Below are positions 37,135-46,276 of a stretch of 64,000 bases of DNA, one piece after another. Origin of the DNA: a virus (taxonomy: Duplodnaviria; Caudoviricetes); IMG/VR virus record IMGVR_UViG_3300028888_000122, positions 7,976 to 71,975 of that record. One strand, written 5' to 3'. The position numbers and the translations under genes were made by a program. Numbering within the stretch: position 1 is the first letter of the stretch; each line of letters starts with the position of its first letter. The notes under the pieces were generated by a model, which saw nothing but the letters and a program-made list of their open reading frames with translations, was not told the DNA's origin and searched no databases.

Positions 37135-37548
37135 ATGCGTTACAATCTCAGCGATGAGCGGCAGGCGGGAAAGGCAAAGACCTATCTCGCCGCCCTCATC
37201 AAAAAGGGCGCCACATCGGTAGAGATCACCGAAAAGCGCAGAAGGACGCTCACGCAGAACGGGTTGTTCCACCTGTGGATCAAGTGTTTCGCCGACAGTA
37301 TCGGCGAGGCCAGCCCGGAGCGTTGCAAGGTCTGGGTCAAGCGGGCCTTGTTGGGGCAGCACGAAGAAGTCAATCCGCTCACGGGAAACGTCGAGAGTTT
37401 TGACTACGAGACGCACCTGTTCAGCGTTGAGCAGATGACCGACCTGCTTCATAAGTTCAAGGCATGGGCGCAGACCGAGTTCGAGTGCCGCTTGCCCGAA
37501 CCCGACGAATTGGGGTTTGAACAGATGTTTGACACTTATATCGAGTAA
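37135..37548 (+). CDS. NinB/YbcN-like recombination protein
   Basis: RRTLTQNGLFHLW motif. Confidence 0.7.
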   Translation: MRYNLSDERQAGKAKTYLAALIKKGATSVEITEKRRRTLTQNGLFHLWIKCFADSIGEASPERCKVWVKRALLGQHEEVNPLTGNVESFDYETHLFSVEQMTDLLHKFKAWAQTEFECRLPEPDELGFEQMFDTYIE

Positions 37549-37552
37549 TGTG

Positions 37553-37756
37553 ATGGACTTCGAGTATATCTTGAACACCATTAATGTCCTTATGGAGCAA
37601 CGCAAAGACAAGGTTCCTAACGGGGTGCCGTACAAAGAGTTGCTTGATGTTGTTCACGAGGACTTGAAGATGCTGTTGAACGAGCTTGTAACGGAAGGCA
37701 AGCTAAGGTTCAACATCGACATCAACAAACAACCTATATTCTATATCAACGAGTAA
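37553..37756 (+). CDS. Small winged-helix hypothetical protein
   Basis: Coupled ORF; start reassigned. Confidence 0.5.
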   Translation: MDFEYILNTINVLMEQRKDKVPNGVPYKELLDVVHEDLKMLLNELVTEGKLRFNIDINKQPIFYINE

Positions 37757-37758
37757 CG

Positions 37759-38391
37759 ATGTGCAATATTAAGGAAATGTTCGCAGGGTTGAACGATAAC
37801 GCTTCAAGGCTCTTGCTCTACATCATCCTTCATTCTGACGAAAACGGCAGCGCAGAGGTGAGTGAGCGGAGCCTTGCGGTCGATTTGGGTATGGGTCGGC
37901 AACAGGTCAGAGCAGCGAAACAGGCGCTACTTGCAACCCAGCGAATAACCCAGTCGGCAACCCACAAAGCAACCCACCTAAAACTTTGTTGTTGTGGCGG
38001 TTGTGGTAAATCAAAAACCACCAAGCAACCCACGAAGCAACCCACCAAATCGCAAAAAGTAGAGGTAGCACCGGAGTGGGTAGCCGTTGAGTTTGTCGGC
38101 CCGTTCCTTGACTGGCTGGAGTACAAGAAAGCGAGGCGCGAGTCGTACAAGACCGACAAATCCCTCAAGGCCTGTTACAGCAAGCTCGTGAAGTTATCCA
38201 ACGGAGACGCCGCCGTTGCCGCTGAAATCGTAGAGCAAAGCATGGCAAACAACTGGCAAGGCCTATTTCCGCTAAAACAAGACTATAACAATGGAACGAC
38301 AAATTGGAGAAATAATGGACGGGATGACGAGCTTGCAGCCCAAGCAGTCAGGATGCGCTCTTACTATCAGGCAGAACGAGATAGCAAATGA
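37759..38391 (+). CDS. Replication initiator-like protein
   Basis: N-terminal wHTH; C-terminal DWLEYKK...QSMANNWQGLF domain. Confidence 0.65.
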   Translation: MCNIKEMFAGLNDNASRLLLYIILHSDENGSAEVSERSLAVDLGMGRQQVRAAKQALLATQRITQSATHKATHLKLCCCGGCGKSKTTKQPTKQPTKSQKVEVAPEWVAVEFVGPFLDWLEYKKARRESYKTDKSLKACYSKLVKLSNGDAAVAAEIVEQSMANNWQGLFPLKQDYNNGTTNWRNNGRDDELAAQAVRMRSYYQAERDSK

Positions 38392-38953
38392 GGTCACGAG
38401 CCGCTATGGTTCGTTTGACAACGTGTTGAGTCTGTTCGCGCCGAAATTCCAATGCACATACACCATTGATGAACACAGGTGCTATTTCGGCACAGCGCCG
38501 AGACTGAGCCACATGCGGTTCGCCTATGGTGAAAGCGCCCCTATTGAGTGGTTGAGTTATCAGATCATCGACCTTAACCGCTTCTCCAACTGCAAGATGA
38601 TGACAGACTATCAAGTCAAGTCGCTCGCACAGGCCATTTTCAAAAACTATTTCTATTTGAAATTAAGCGAGGTGATGTTGTTCTTCAACAAGGTCAAGGC
38701 TGCGGAGTATGGCCAGTTGTTTTTCGGTGCCGTTGACCCGATACCGCTGATGGGGGCGCTGAAGAAATTCGCAGAGGATCGTGCTGAGATAATCCGCAAA
38801 AAGGAAGAGGAAGAAGCCAGAACCGAGAGGGAACGTGACGCCCATCGCCCAGGCATCCTCAAGCCCAACGAGGTGCAGGCGTTGCGAGAGCGGCTTCAAG
38901 CACAGTGGGCAGAAGAAGAAAAGTTAAACCAAAAAAAAGATAACGTAAAATGA
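38291..38953 (+). CDS. Initiator-associated / helicase-loader-like protein
   Basis: Follows the initiator; LKLSEVMLFF...YG motif. Confidence 0.5.
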   Translation: MERQIGEIMDGMTSLQPKQSGCALTIRQNEIANEVTSRYGSFDNVLSLFAPKFQCTYTIDEHRCYFGTAPRLSHMRFAYGESAPIEWLSYQIIDLNRFSNCKMMTDYQVKSLAQAIFKNYFYLKLSEVMLFFNKVKAAEYGQLFFGAVDPIPLMGALKKFAEDRAEIIRKKEEEEARTERERDAHRPGILKPNEVQALRERLQAQWAEEEKLNQKKDNVK

Positions 38954-39381
38954 GGTATTTTGAAGTAAAAGTGCGGTATGACCGCAAGAATGAAAACGGA
39001 GCCATCAAGCCCGTTACCGAGACGTATGCGCTCAGCGCGCAGACATTCACCGACGCCGAGGCCGCTATGCACGACATGTCAAGCGAGTTACCCGTCGAAG
39101 GCAACTTTGAAGTGATCGGCGAGAAGATTGCCAACTACGAGCGCTTTCTCCCTACCTTCACCCACGAAGGTGACGAGCCACGCTTCTACGAAGTCAAGTA
39201 TGCGCTTATCTGCATCGACGAGCGCACCGCCAAGGAAATCAAGGATATCCATTATGTGCTTGTCGAGGCGTTCACCGTCGAAGCGGCTACATCCTTGTTC
39301 CTTAAAAACGTATTCGCTGGAGAGCAGGTTGAGCTCGTAAGCGTCAAGAAAACACCGATAGTCGGTGTAAGGATGTTATGA
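38950..39381 (+). CDS. DUF4494-like protein
   Basis: YFEVKVRYD...SAQTFTDAEA motif. Confidence 0.65.
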   Translation: MRYFEVKVRYDRKNENGAIKPVTETYALSAQTFTDAEAAMHDMSSELPVEGNFEVIGEKIANYERFLPTFTHEGDEPRFYEVKYALICIDERTAKEIKDIHYVLVEAFTVEAATSLFLKNVFAGEQVELVSVKKTPIVGVRML

Positions 39382-39866
39382 TGCGCGATGTATATGTGGG
39401 TATCGACCCGGGCGCAAAAGGGTTTGTCTGTATTTGGTACGCAAACTACGACGACTTCGAGCATTGCCAGGTTTTCGAAGGCAAGCGCCTCAACCCACTA
39501 CTCATCAAAAAGCTCAAGTATCTTGCCGACTCAGGAGCAAACACCATGGCCGTTGTCGAGCAAGTGCACAGCATGCCGCATCAAGGTGTGGCAAGCACGT
39601 TCTCTTTCGGCACGAACTACGGCAAGATACTTGGCATGCTTGAAGCCATAGGCATCCCCTACTCCACCTGCACCCCAGGCAAATGGCAGAAAGCCATGTG
39701 TGAAGCCGTTGACAAAGCCGCAAATACCAAGTTGACGAGTTACAACGCCGCCCGCCGCCTATTGCCAGATATGGACTTTCGCCGTAGTGAGCGTTGCAAG
39801 ACCTTTGACGACAACAAGGTGGATGCGACACTCATCTGCCTTTATGCTCAAAGAAAACAACTTTAA
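39378..39866 (+). CDS. RuvC-like Holliday junction resolvase
   Basis: VGIDPG, VVEQV, FSFGTNYG, DATLI motifs. Confidence 0.8.
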   Translation: MMRDVYVGIDPGAKGFVCIWYANYDDFEHCQVFEGKRLNPLLIKKLKYLADSGANTMAVVEQVHSMPHQGVASTFSFGTNYGKILGMLEAIGIPYSTCTPGKWQKAMCEAVDKAANTKLTSYNAARRLLPDMDFRRSERCKTFDDNKVDATLICLYAQRKQL

Positions 39867-39891
39867 CTTTTAATTTTAATATTTTACTACA

Positions 39892-40239
39892 ATGGGATTT
39901 AAGATTATCAATTCACGAGAGTATCGAGAAGTATGTGAGCGTGTCGCCTTTTTGGAAAGCGACATCGATGAGAAGAACCGCGAGCTTGAGGCCAAGGACG
40001 AGACCATCAAGCGCCTCAAGAAAGAGATTGTCCAAATACAAGGCTACCTTGAGGAAGTCAAAAACGACCTCAAGAGTACACAGGCAGGTTATAACGATCT
40101 TCTCAAAGAGTTCGAGCAACTCAAGTCCGCCAAGCCAGAGCGTATTGATTTCGTCCCCGACGAGGCTCCTGCAGCCAAGTCAGAGGCCAAAAAGCCCAGG
40201 CCGGCAAGGAAGCCGTCGCCCCGAAAGGGAGACAAGTAA
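39892..40239 (+). CDS. Coiled-coil hypothetical protein
   Basis: Heptad pattern with a basic tail. Confidence 0.6.
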   Translation: MGFKIINSREYREVCERVAFLESDIDEKNRELEAKDETIKRLKKEIVQIQGYLEEVKNDLKSTQAGYNDLLKEFEQLKSAKPERIDFVPDEAPAAKSEAKKPRPARKPSPRKGDK

Positions 40240-40250
40240 GATGTCCCATC

Positions 40251-40550
40251 ATGGAGGATCTCGAGGTTATCCTTGAACGGTGTGCCCGCATTTGCGGCAC
40301 CACTGTTACCCGCATCAAAGAAGGTAAGAAGCGCAGTTCACGAGAGGTTGTCGATGCAAAGATGCTTTTCGTGTACTGCGTCCTCCATGAGAACGAGTTC
40401 CGCAAGAAGAAAGAGATTGCCGCCGTGTTGCATGCCGGCCAGTATCAAGTGACCTATTACCGCAAGAAGGTAGAGTTCAGCATCAGGCGAGAGCGGTGGT
40501 TTAAGCGGCTTGTGGATAAATATTACGAGAAGTATGGAAGTAAGGATTAA
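40251..40550 (+). CDS. DnaA domain IV-like HTH protein
   Basis: KRSSREVVDAKMLFVY...EIAAVL pattern. Confidence 0.5.
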   Translation: MEDLEVILERCARICGTTVTRIKEGKKRSSREVVDAKMLFVYCVLHENEFRKKKEIAAVLHAGQYQVTYYRKKVEFSIRRERWFKRLVDKYYEKYGSKD

Positions 40551-40953
40551 GAAATTAAAAGACAATGCCGTGATGCCGACAAAGGCGCACAAAAGCGATG
40601 CAGGGTTTGACTTGTATGTTAGCCGTTGCGGTATGGAGAACGGCCTATTTGTTTGTCACTCAGATATTGCTTTTGAGATTCCGACAGGTTATGTCGGATA
40701 TGTATTTCCCCGCTCAAGTGTAAGCAACATGGGGCTGATGATGGCCAACTCAGTCGGGGTCATTGACAGCGGCTATCGTAACGAGGTGTCGGCGCGCTTC
40801 AGCGTAAACAACGGTTGGTTTCGCAAGTACGGCATCGGTGACAGGTTCGCTCAACTCGTTATCATGCCCATTCCCGACATTGAATTTGTCGAGTCCGACG
40901 AGTTAAGCGAGACTGACAGGGGCACAGGAGGCTACGGAAGTAGCGGTAAATGA
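40534..40953 (+). CDS. dut: Trimeric dUTPase
   Basis: AGFDL, PRSS, GVIDSGYRNE, RFAQLVI, RGTGGYGSSG motifs. Confidence 0.95.
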   Translation: MEVRIKKLKDNAVMPTKAHKSDAGFDLYVSRCGMENGLFVCHSDIAFEIPTGYVGYVFPRSSVSNMGLMMANSVGVIDSGYRNEVSARFSVNNGWFRKYGIGDRFAQLVIMPIPDIEFVESDELSETDRGTGGYGSSGK

Positions 40954-41045
40954 TTATGAGACCAAACTTGATATATGAAAATAACGATTAATGCAGACGA
41001 GAAGATCATCAAGCGGGCAACCGCACTGATGATGCTTGGAGAGTA

Positions 41046-41390
41046 TTGATTATGTTAGAGAAAGGAAAGAGATATTTGTGTTTAGCTTGCCATTACGACA
41101 ACATTACAGAGGGCAAGGAATATGTTGCGGTCGATAACGACATAATCTATGACGACTATGGTGTTCGGGTGCGGATTTATGATGATGCCTGCAAGTTCAC
41201 CGAGGCCAAGTCTTCCCAGTTGCCCGCAAAACTGATTCAGGCGGCAAAAGGTGTCTGCGATAAAAAGATCAGCGCAGCCATTCGTGAGTTTGAAAAAGAG
41301 ACCGGATTGCTGGTCAGTGATATTGAGTATAACAAGCGCATGGTTTTCAACTGTATTGAAACAAGTGTATCAATCATAATATCGCTATGA
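41046..41390 (+). CDS. Hypothetical protein
   Basis: Coupled ORF. Confidence 0.55.
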   Translation: MIMLEKGKRYLCLACHYDNITEGKEYVAVDNDIIYDDYGVRVRIYDDACKFTEAKSSQLPAKLIQAAKGVCDKKISAAIREFEKETGLLVSDIEYNKRMVFNCIETSVSIIISL

Positions 41391-41584
41391 AACGTATTGT
41401 ATTCGGGAAAAGGAGAACACAAAACATCGCTGTATTGCCGACGATAACCTACGATTCGTTTCATAGCGACGGTTATAAGATTGCCGAAATCGGCATTTGG
41501 TTTATCCATTGGAATTATTGCGCAAGCATCGCATTTGGCAAAAAGAAGGTACACGGCAATGACACCGCTAAGACTAAGGCTTAA
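41387..41584 (+). CDS. Hypothetical protein
   Basis: ATGA-coupled ORF. Confidence 0.45.
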   Translation: MKRIVFGKRRTQNIAVLPTITYDSFHSDGYKIAEIGIWFIHWNYCASIAFGKKKVHGNDTAKTKA

Positions 41585-41885
41585 AAAGAGCGAGTTCGAT
41601 GCCGTCAAGTACAGCAGGGTTGCAGAGGTAGTGAAACACGCCAGCAGCAAGCGCATCCACTACCTGTGCTTCTCTCGCATGACAAAAGAGTGCAACGAGC
41701 CGCAGAGCAAGTGCCGCGAGTGCTTCGATGGCGCACGGCAGTTCGACGGCTATATGTGCTATCCGTTTGACCGCGCAGTTATCCGCAGGGGGCAGACCGA
41801 CAAGTATATCACCATACCGCTGGCAAACGTGTATTTTGAAGATCGAGACGGAAAGACAGTATTTGTATTCAAACTAAAAAAATAG
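41559..41885 (+). CDS. Hypothetical protein with a CxxC motif
   Basis: MTPLRLRLKK start; KCRECF. Confidence 0.5.
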   Translation: MTPLRLRLKKSEFDAVKYSRVAEVVKHASSKRIHYLCFSRMTKECNEPQSKCRECFDGARQFDGYMCYPFDRAVIRRGQTDKYITIPLANVYFEDRDGKTVFVFKLKK

Positions 41886-41895
41886 TAAGGCAAAA

Positions 41896-42195
41896 ATGGA
41901 AACAAAGAAATGTAAATGTTGTGGCAGGGAATTACCATTAACTCAATTCAATCGTAACGGTTTTGGGCCGATGGGCACCTGCAAAGAGTGTATGAGAAAG
42001 AAACGTATCGAAGGGCGTGCCAAAAAGAAGAAAGAGCGCAACTACGAACAAGAAATCGAAGACGCCAAGAAGATGCGGTTATCAGATTTCACTCCACGCG
42101 ACCTGATGTTACAACTCAAATCGTTAGGGTATGTGGGATTCATTGATATCCCGCAGACAACCTACAAAAGAATAGACTTATCAAAAGATTTCTGA
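41896..42195 (+). CDS. Zinc-ribbon protein
   Basis: CKCCG...TCKEC. Confidence 0.6.
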   Translation: METKKCKCCGRELPLTQFNRNGFGPMGTCKECMRKKRIEGRAKKKKERNYEQEIEDAKKMRLSDFTPRDLMLQLKSLGYVGFIDIPQTTYKRIDLSKDF

Positions 42196-42198
42196 TTT

Positions 42199-42474
42199 AT
42201 GGAAGACATCAACCCGATAACAAGAATCACAGGTATCACATATAGCGACCTCGCTGTATGGTCGCACAACCTTGATACAGAGATAAACTCTATTGAGTTT
42301 AACAGCCATCCATTCCCGTACCGGGCAGGGGTACAAAGGTTCCGTGTGGCATTAGATCAGCTTGCCGCAGCCATGCGCGGCATAGACGAGAGTAGTGTGT
42401 ATTCCTATTACGGAGCGCACCACACAAGAAAAATATACAACGACCCGAGAAAAGAGCCGAGCAATGTACGATAA
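42199..42474 (+). CDS. Hypothetical protein
   Basis: Coupled ORF. Confidence 0.5.
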   Translation: MEDINPITRITGITYSDLAVWSHNLDTEINSIEFNSHPFPYRAGVQRFRVALDQLAAAMRGIDESSVYSYYGAHHTRKIYNDPRKEPSNVR

Positions 42475-42835
42475 CTACCACTATCCTCCAGGTGCGGACA
42501 CTCCAGATGCACCGTGGAACCAGATTGACCCAGAGCCAGTCACAAGAGAGTGTGAGGTGACCGTGGTGATGTCCAAGAAGATGGACATAGACACCATAGA
42601 CTATTACATCGACGATGAGGACGGCTATCCACGTATTGAACCTATGCACAACTGGACTGAGGATTACCGCAACCAATACAACGGCATACAAGGGTTACTC
42701 GGTAAACTTATCGAGTATATTGACAAAGACCTACAAAGGGACAACCTTGCCAGTGACCAAAGACAGGAGTTAAAGTTTCTGCGTGACGAAGCGGCAGGTT
42801 GGGATATTGATGACTTGGACATCAACGAATCATAA
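42464..42835 (+). CDS. Hypothetical protein (YPPGADTPDAPWN motif)
   Basis: Start reassigned to ATG 42464. Confidence 0.6.
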   Translation: MYDNYHYPPGADTPDAPWNQIDPEPVTRECEVTVVMSKKMDIDTIDYYIDDEDGYPRIEPMHNWTEDYRNQYNGIQGLLGKLIEYIDKDLQRDNLASDQRQELKFLRDEAAGWDIDDLDINES

Positions 42836-42849
42836 ACAGCACTAAATCA

Positions 42850-42980
42850 AGTTTATAGTTTTGGAATGATTGGTTATTAATTAAATTGTTAATCAGCCCG
42901 TGAGGGTATGTATTGGAGTAATTGTTTTTTCATAGGTTTAAGAATTAATTATCCCTGCTCATGCAGTGATGCACGGCAGG
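42850..42980 (+). ncRNA. Two AT-rich tract plus GTGA-loop hairpin modules
   Basis: CCC-GTGA-GGG near 42898 and CCTGC..TGCA-GTGA-TGCA..GCAGG at about 42954-42980. Confidence 0.45.
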
Positions 42981-42985
42981 TTTAT

Positions 42986-43078
42986 CAGAGGCAAGACCTG
43001 CACGATGGGCAAGGCAGGAAGGGTTTGAAGAGTTTTCCCTCATATGAGCAGCGGGTTCGATTCCCGCGCCTCTGGCCA
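42986..43078 (+). ncRNA. tRNA-like RNA without a canonical anticodon arm, ending in CCA
   Basis: Acceptor CAGAGGC/GCCTCTG, T-arm GCGGG-TTCGATT-CCCGC, G-CCA. Confidence 0.65.
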
Positions 43079-43228
43079 AGAAGATAAGCTGTGTATCAGC
43101 GACGGTTGATTCGCTTGGGAGTTTTTGGCAGAGAGCCACGGAAGACCCCGCCAGTCGTGACTGGCTTGTAAAAAGGCGCGTTTTCGCTGCCTTATCGTTA
43201 ATTCAATCGGGTGGGCAACCACCCAACA

Positions 43229-43363
43229 CGGGAGCCGCTGGTGCGGCAGGGAAGAATATATAGTTGTTAAGTTAGTAATAGTAATAAATAGAGTTGGTTT
43301 TTTTGGTGAAATGTTTCATAATCCTTCTTCCCTGTGACGGTTCGATTCCGCTGCTCCCGACAA
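43229..43363 (+). ncRNA. tRNA-like scaffold with a 68-nt AT-rich loop in place of the anticodon
   Basis: Acceptor CGGGAGC/GCTCCCG, D-like CGC-TGGT-GCG, 10-bp CAGGGAAGAA/TTCTTCCCTG, T-loop TTCGATT, A-CAA. Confidence 0.65.
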
Positions 43364-43395
43364 GTGCATTATTAATAATTTAAACTGCTAAGATT

Positions 43396-43551
43396 ATGAA
43401 TGAATTTGATTACAAAGACCACCACTATAAGGTGGTGAATGTGGAGAACTCCACCGACTGCATTATCATCAAGGATGGTAGGCAGACCCGCAGAGTAAGT
43501 AAGGCCATTGCAGACCATGCGATGGAGAACGTTTACAAGCTATTCAAGTGA
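43396..43551 (+). CDS. 51-aa hypothetical protein (absent from the ORF track)
   Basis: MNEFDYKDHHYKVVNV...; A-rich leader. Confidence 0.5.
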   Translation: MNEFDYKDHHYKVVNVENSTDCIIIKDGRQTRRVSKAIADHAMENVYKLFK

Positions 43552-43553
43552 TT

Positions 43554-43700
43554 ATGGTTACGAGAATCAGCATCACCGTCAAGGACGGGAAAGTTACATG
43601 GCTTCACCAGGATGGCGACGAACTGCCCAACTGGGATGACGTTGCAGTGAGCATTTGCAACGCAATTGAGAACAACAAACATTATCACAAACAAGACTAA
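43554..43700 (+). CDS. 48-aa hypothetical protein (absent from the ORF track)
   Basis: MVTRISITVKDGKV...; coupled spacing. Confidence 0.5.
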   Translation: MVTRISITVKDGKVTWLHQDGDELPNWDDVAVSICNAIENNKHYHKQD

Positions 43701-43706
43701 AAAGAT

Positions 43707-44414
43707 ATGAACTACTACATTCAAGGCTCACCCGCCAGAGCCGAAGAGATCAAGGCGGCATTTGAGGCAAAAGGGTTTATACCGAGAATAGCACCGATGT
43801 ATTACGGAAGTGAGAGTGTGCTTTTCTTCACAGGTACAGACAACTACATCTACGAAACTTCAAGTCCGTGGGTTATGGACATCATCAAGACCCACCCCGA
43901 CTACAAGGAGTTGGAACTACCAGTTGAATTTAAGGATGGCGACATCATCGGTTTTAACGACTGCACACACAATGATGGCAGTTATATTGACTGGGTTGGC
44001 ATCTATAAGCAAGGGATTGAAACTAATCAACATTTATTTCATTGCGTAATACCCTCTTGTCGCAGTTTCCGTGTTGGTGGTATGTGGAGAGTATTCACGG
44101 CCTACCCTGCCACCAAGGAGCAGCGTGACCTTCTATTTGCCAAGATGCGAGAGGCTGGGTATCAGTGGGATGCAGACAAGAAGGAACTTCGCAAGATTCA
44201 GCCTCACTACGACATCTCGAACTTCCAGCCATTCGACAAGGTGCTGATAAGGCTCGACAATAACAGTAAATGGACGTGTGACTTTTTCTCTTATTATCAT
44301 AAAGGCTTTCATTGTATAGGTTGTGATGATTGGAGTCAGTGCATCCCCTTTGATGGTAACGAGCACTTGCTGGGGACTACTAATATGTGTGATGAACAAT
44401 ATATTAACTGGTAA
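43707..44414 (+). CDS. Multi-module hypothetical phage protein
   Basis: Modules such as PATKEQRDLLFAKM and FQPFDKVLIR...W..DFFS. Confidence 0.65.
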   Translation: MNYYIQGSPARAEEIKAAFEAKGFIPRIAPMYYGSESVLFFTGTDNYIYETSSPWVMDIIKTHPDYKELELPVEFKDGDIIGFNDCTHNDGSYIDWVGIYKQGIETNQHLFHCVIPSCRSFRVGGMWRVFTAYPATKEQRDLLFAKMREAGYQWDADKKELRKIQPHYDISNFQPFDKVLIRLDNNSKWTCDFFSYYHKGFHCIGCDDWSQCIPFDGNEHLLGTTNMCDEQYINW

Positions 44415-44425
44415 ACGATAAAGAT

Positions 44426-44824
44426 ATGGGAAAGTTAACTTGTCAAGATTTAATGGTTGGGGACTTGGTGTATATCCATGAGCCCGAATGTAAAGGACAT
44501 CGCATTGATGCCATTGATGAACTTGATGGGCAAGTAGGAGCTGATGGAGAGGTATATGACGAGGACGATATCCGACCCATTCCCATCACCGAGGAAATCT
44601 TGGTGAAGAACGGGTTTGTTGGAGTTCCTCTTACGGATTCTTATGAACTCAACACTGACTACTACGAAATCGAAGTGTGGAATTACAGCGATGGCTTATG
44701 GGTCGTCAATGTACATTGGATTGAATTTTCAAGTACACCTGATGATAAATTAACTGTATCTTATGTCCATCAGTTGCAGCACCTGTTGCGCTTGTGTGGG
44801 GTTGAGAAAGAACTAACTATCTAA
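44426..44824 (+). CDS. YopX-like protein, paralog of 60973-61350
   Basis: DLMVGDLV...RPIPITEEIL.KNGF...YVHQLQHLLRLCG. Confidence 0.6.
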   Translation: MGKLTCQDLMVGDLVYIHEPECKGHRIDAIDELDGQVGADGEVYDEDDIRPIPITEEILVKNGFVGVPLTDSYELNTDYYEIEVWNYSDGLWVVNVHWIEFSSTPDDKLTVSYVHQLQHLLRLCGVEKELTI

Positions 44825-44840
44825 ATTGATTTAATCTAAT

Positions 44841-44996
44841 ATGAGTAACGAACTCATCGCAATACCCAAAGAGGAGTACGAGCACCTACTTTGGTGTAAG
44901 GAGCAACTAATCAAGCAATCCGAGGAGGCCAAACATCAATCCTATTTGGAGATGCAGCAGAAGACGATACAAACTATAATCAACAGGGCGATATGA
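44841..44996 (+). CDS. 51-aa hypothetical protein
   Basis: Open frame, ATGA-coupled to the next ORF. Confidence 0.45.
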   Translation: MSNELIAIPKEEYEHLLWCKEQLIKQSEEAKHQSYLEMQQKTIQTIINRAI

Positions 44997-45136
44997 GCAG
45001 ACAAGAAGATTTCATCCAGGCGGGTATCGCTGCTATGCAAGCGTTTATTGGTGTAGAACAAATGCCATTTGGACATATCGCAGGAGAAGCGGTAAAGACT
45101 GCCGATGCACTAATTGCGGAACTTCAAAAGAAATGA
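44993..45136 (+). CDS. 47-aa hypothetical protein
   Basis: AIAAMQA...AVKTADALIAELQK-type motif. Confidence 0.5.
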   Translation: MSRQEDFIQAGIAAMQAFIGVEQMPFGHIAGEAVKTADALIAELQKK

Positions 45137-45140
45137 TGGA

Positions 45141-45311
45141 ATGATGAAACCGAGTAAGGGAATATCAGTCGCATTCCTTAAAGGAAAGGACGGGTTGTGG
45201 CATTCATATACAGCATACGCTGAGGATGTTGACTGTGAAACAATGGTCAAATTCAGTAATTGTATAGGCAATGCGGTTGATGCACTTAACAAGAAAGGAG
45301 GCAAACTATGA
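45141..45311 (+). CDS. Hypothetical protein
   Basis: Coupled ORF; start reassigned. Confidence 0.45.
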   Translation: MMKPSKGISVAFLKGKDGLWHSYTAYAEDVDCETMVKFSNCIGNAVDALNKKGGKL

Positions 45312-45556
45312 ACTTCGGCGATGTATTCATGGCGTTCTTCATGGGGATGCCACTTGACAAAGATGAATTCGATAAATTCTTTGACGAGTCTTTTATCAAA
45401 TACTTCCGTGATGTCCCTAACGGCTATGACCAAGCGATGAAATTACTTGATGAAGTGCAAGCGTCAGAAGACTTAAAAGCATTGGCGAAAGAAAGATTTA
45501 ACCGCATTTACGAACAATCAAAGAAAGGAGGGAGCAATGACAATCATAATCAATGA
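45308..45556 (+). CDS. Hypothetical protein
   Basis: Coupled ORF. Confidence 0.5.
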   Translation: MNFGDVFMAFFMGMPLDKDEFDKFFDESFIKYFRDVPNGYDQAMKLLDEVQASEDLKALAKERFNRIYEQSKKGGSNDNHNQ

Positions 45557-45755
45557 CTGCAACGGCCACTACACTAAGACGTGGCACAATTGGGACAATA
45601 AACCTATCCCGCAAGTAGGAGACTTGCTGATTATCCACTTTGGCGACTACAACGAGATTACACAACAGGCAAAGGTGATTGCCCGTGTGTTTGACGGCAC
45701 AAGACCAGATATGGTTTATCTGACAACCGATTACGAGAAAGGAGGTGAGCAATGA
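45537..45755 (+). CDS. Hypothetical protein
   Basis: PIPQVGD motif. Confidence 0.5.
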   Translation: MTIIINDCNGHYTKTWHNWDNKPIPQVGDLLIIHFGDYNEITQQAKVIARVFDGTRPDMVYLTTDYEKGGEQ

Positions 45756-45952
45756 CTGACCAGCAACTACGACAAGCCCAAGAAATCAAACGGCGCATCG
45801 CCGCACTCGACAACGAACTTGAGAAATTCGACACGCAGCACCCAGACGGCATCAATATCTTCCTGCCCAAATGCGGCACACTGATTGAGGATGTCAAGAA
45901 GGTGTTTATCGAGAATAAACGGATATTAAGCGAACAATTCAAGGAATTATGA
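45752..45952 (+). CDS. Hypothetical protein
   Basis: ATGA-coupled ORF. Confidence 0.5.
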   Translation: MTDQQLRQAQEIKRRIAALDNELEKFDTQHPDGINIFLPKCGTLIEDVKKVFIENKRILSEQFKEL

Positions 45953-46081
45953 CAATGGAACTGACAATAGCAATCGCTGGCATCATCGGCATGGCGGTCG
46001 GAATGGCCATCTGCCGAACTGGAATCAAGGAACGCGACCAGCGAATCAGCGAACTTGAAAAAGAAAACGAGAAACTGAAAA

Positions 46082-46276
46082 ATGAGACCCATTATCACCA
46101 TTACTGATTCATATCAAGAAGACGATAAGGCATCGTTGAGAGAAAAATCCGTCAAGGTGTTCGGCATCGTTGTCTATCGCAGGATCGAGACCTACATAGG
46201 CAAGAGAGAAGAAAAGACCGTCGGATTCACCGGCCCAGGTGTCAGTTTAACCGAAGTAATAGATTATGACGAATAA
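46082..46276 (+). CDS. Hypothetical protein
   Basis: Coupled ORF. Confidence 0.45.
   Translation: MRPIITITDSYQEDDKASLREKSVKVFGIVVYRRIETYIGKREEKTVGFTGPGVSLTEVIDYDE

Noticed and set aside
42986-43078. Calling this a functional tRNA-Ser(UGA)
   Set aside because: TTGAA is present but there is no 5-bp stem with a 7-nt loop around it and the D region is oversized; kept only as tRNA-like
43229-43363. tmRNA or intron-containing tRNA
   Set aside because: No G3-U70 alanine identity pair, no pseudoknots or tag ORF, and the insert is too short and AT-rich for a group I intron
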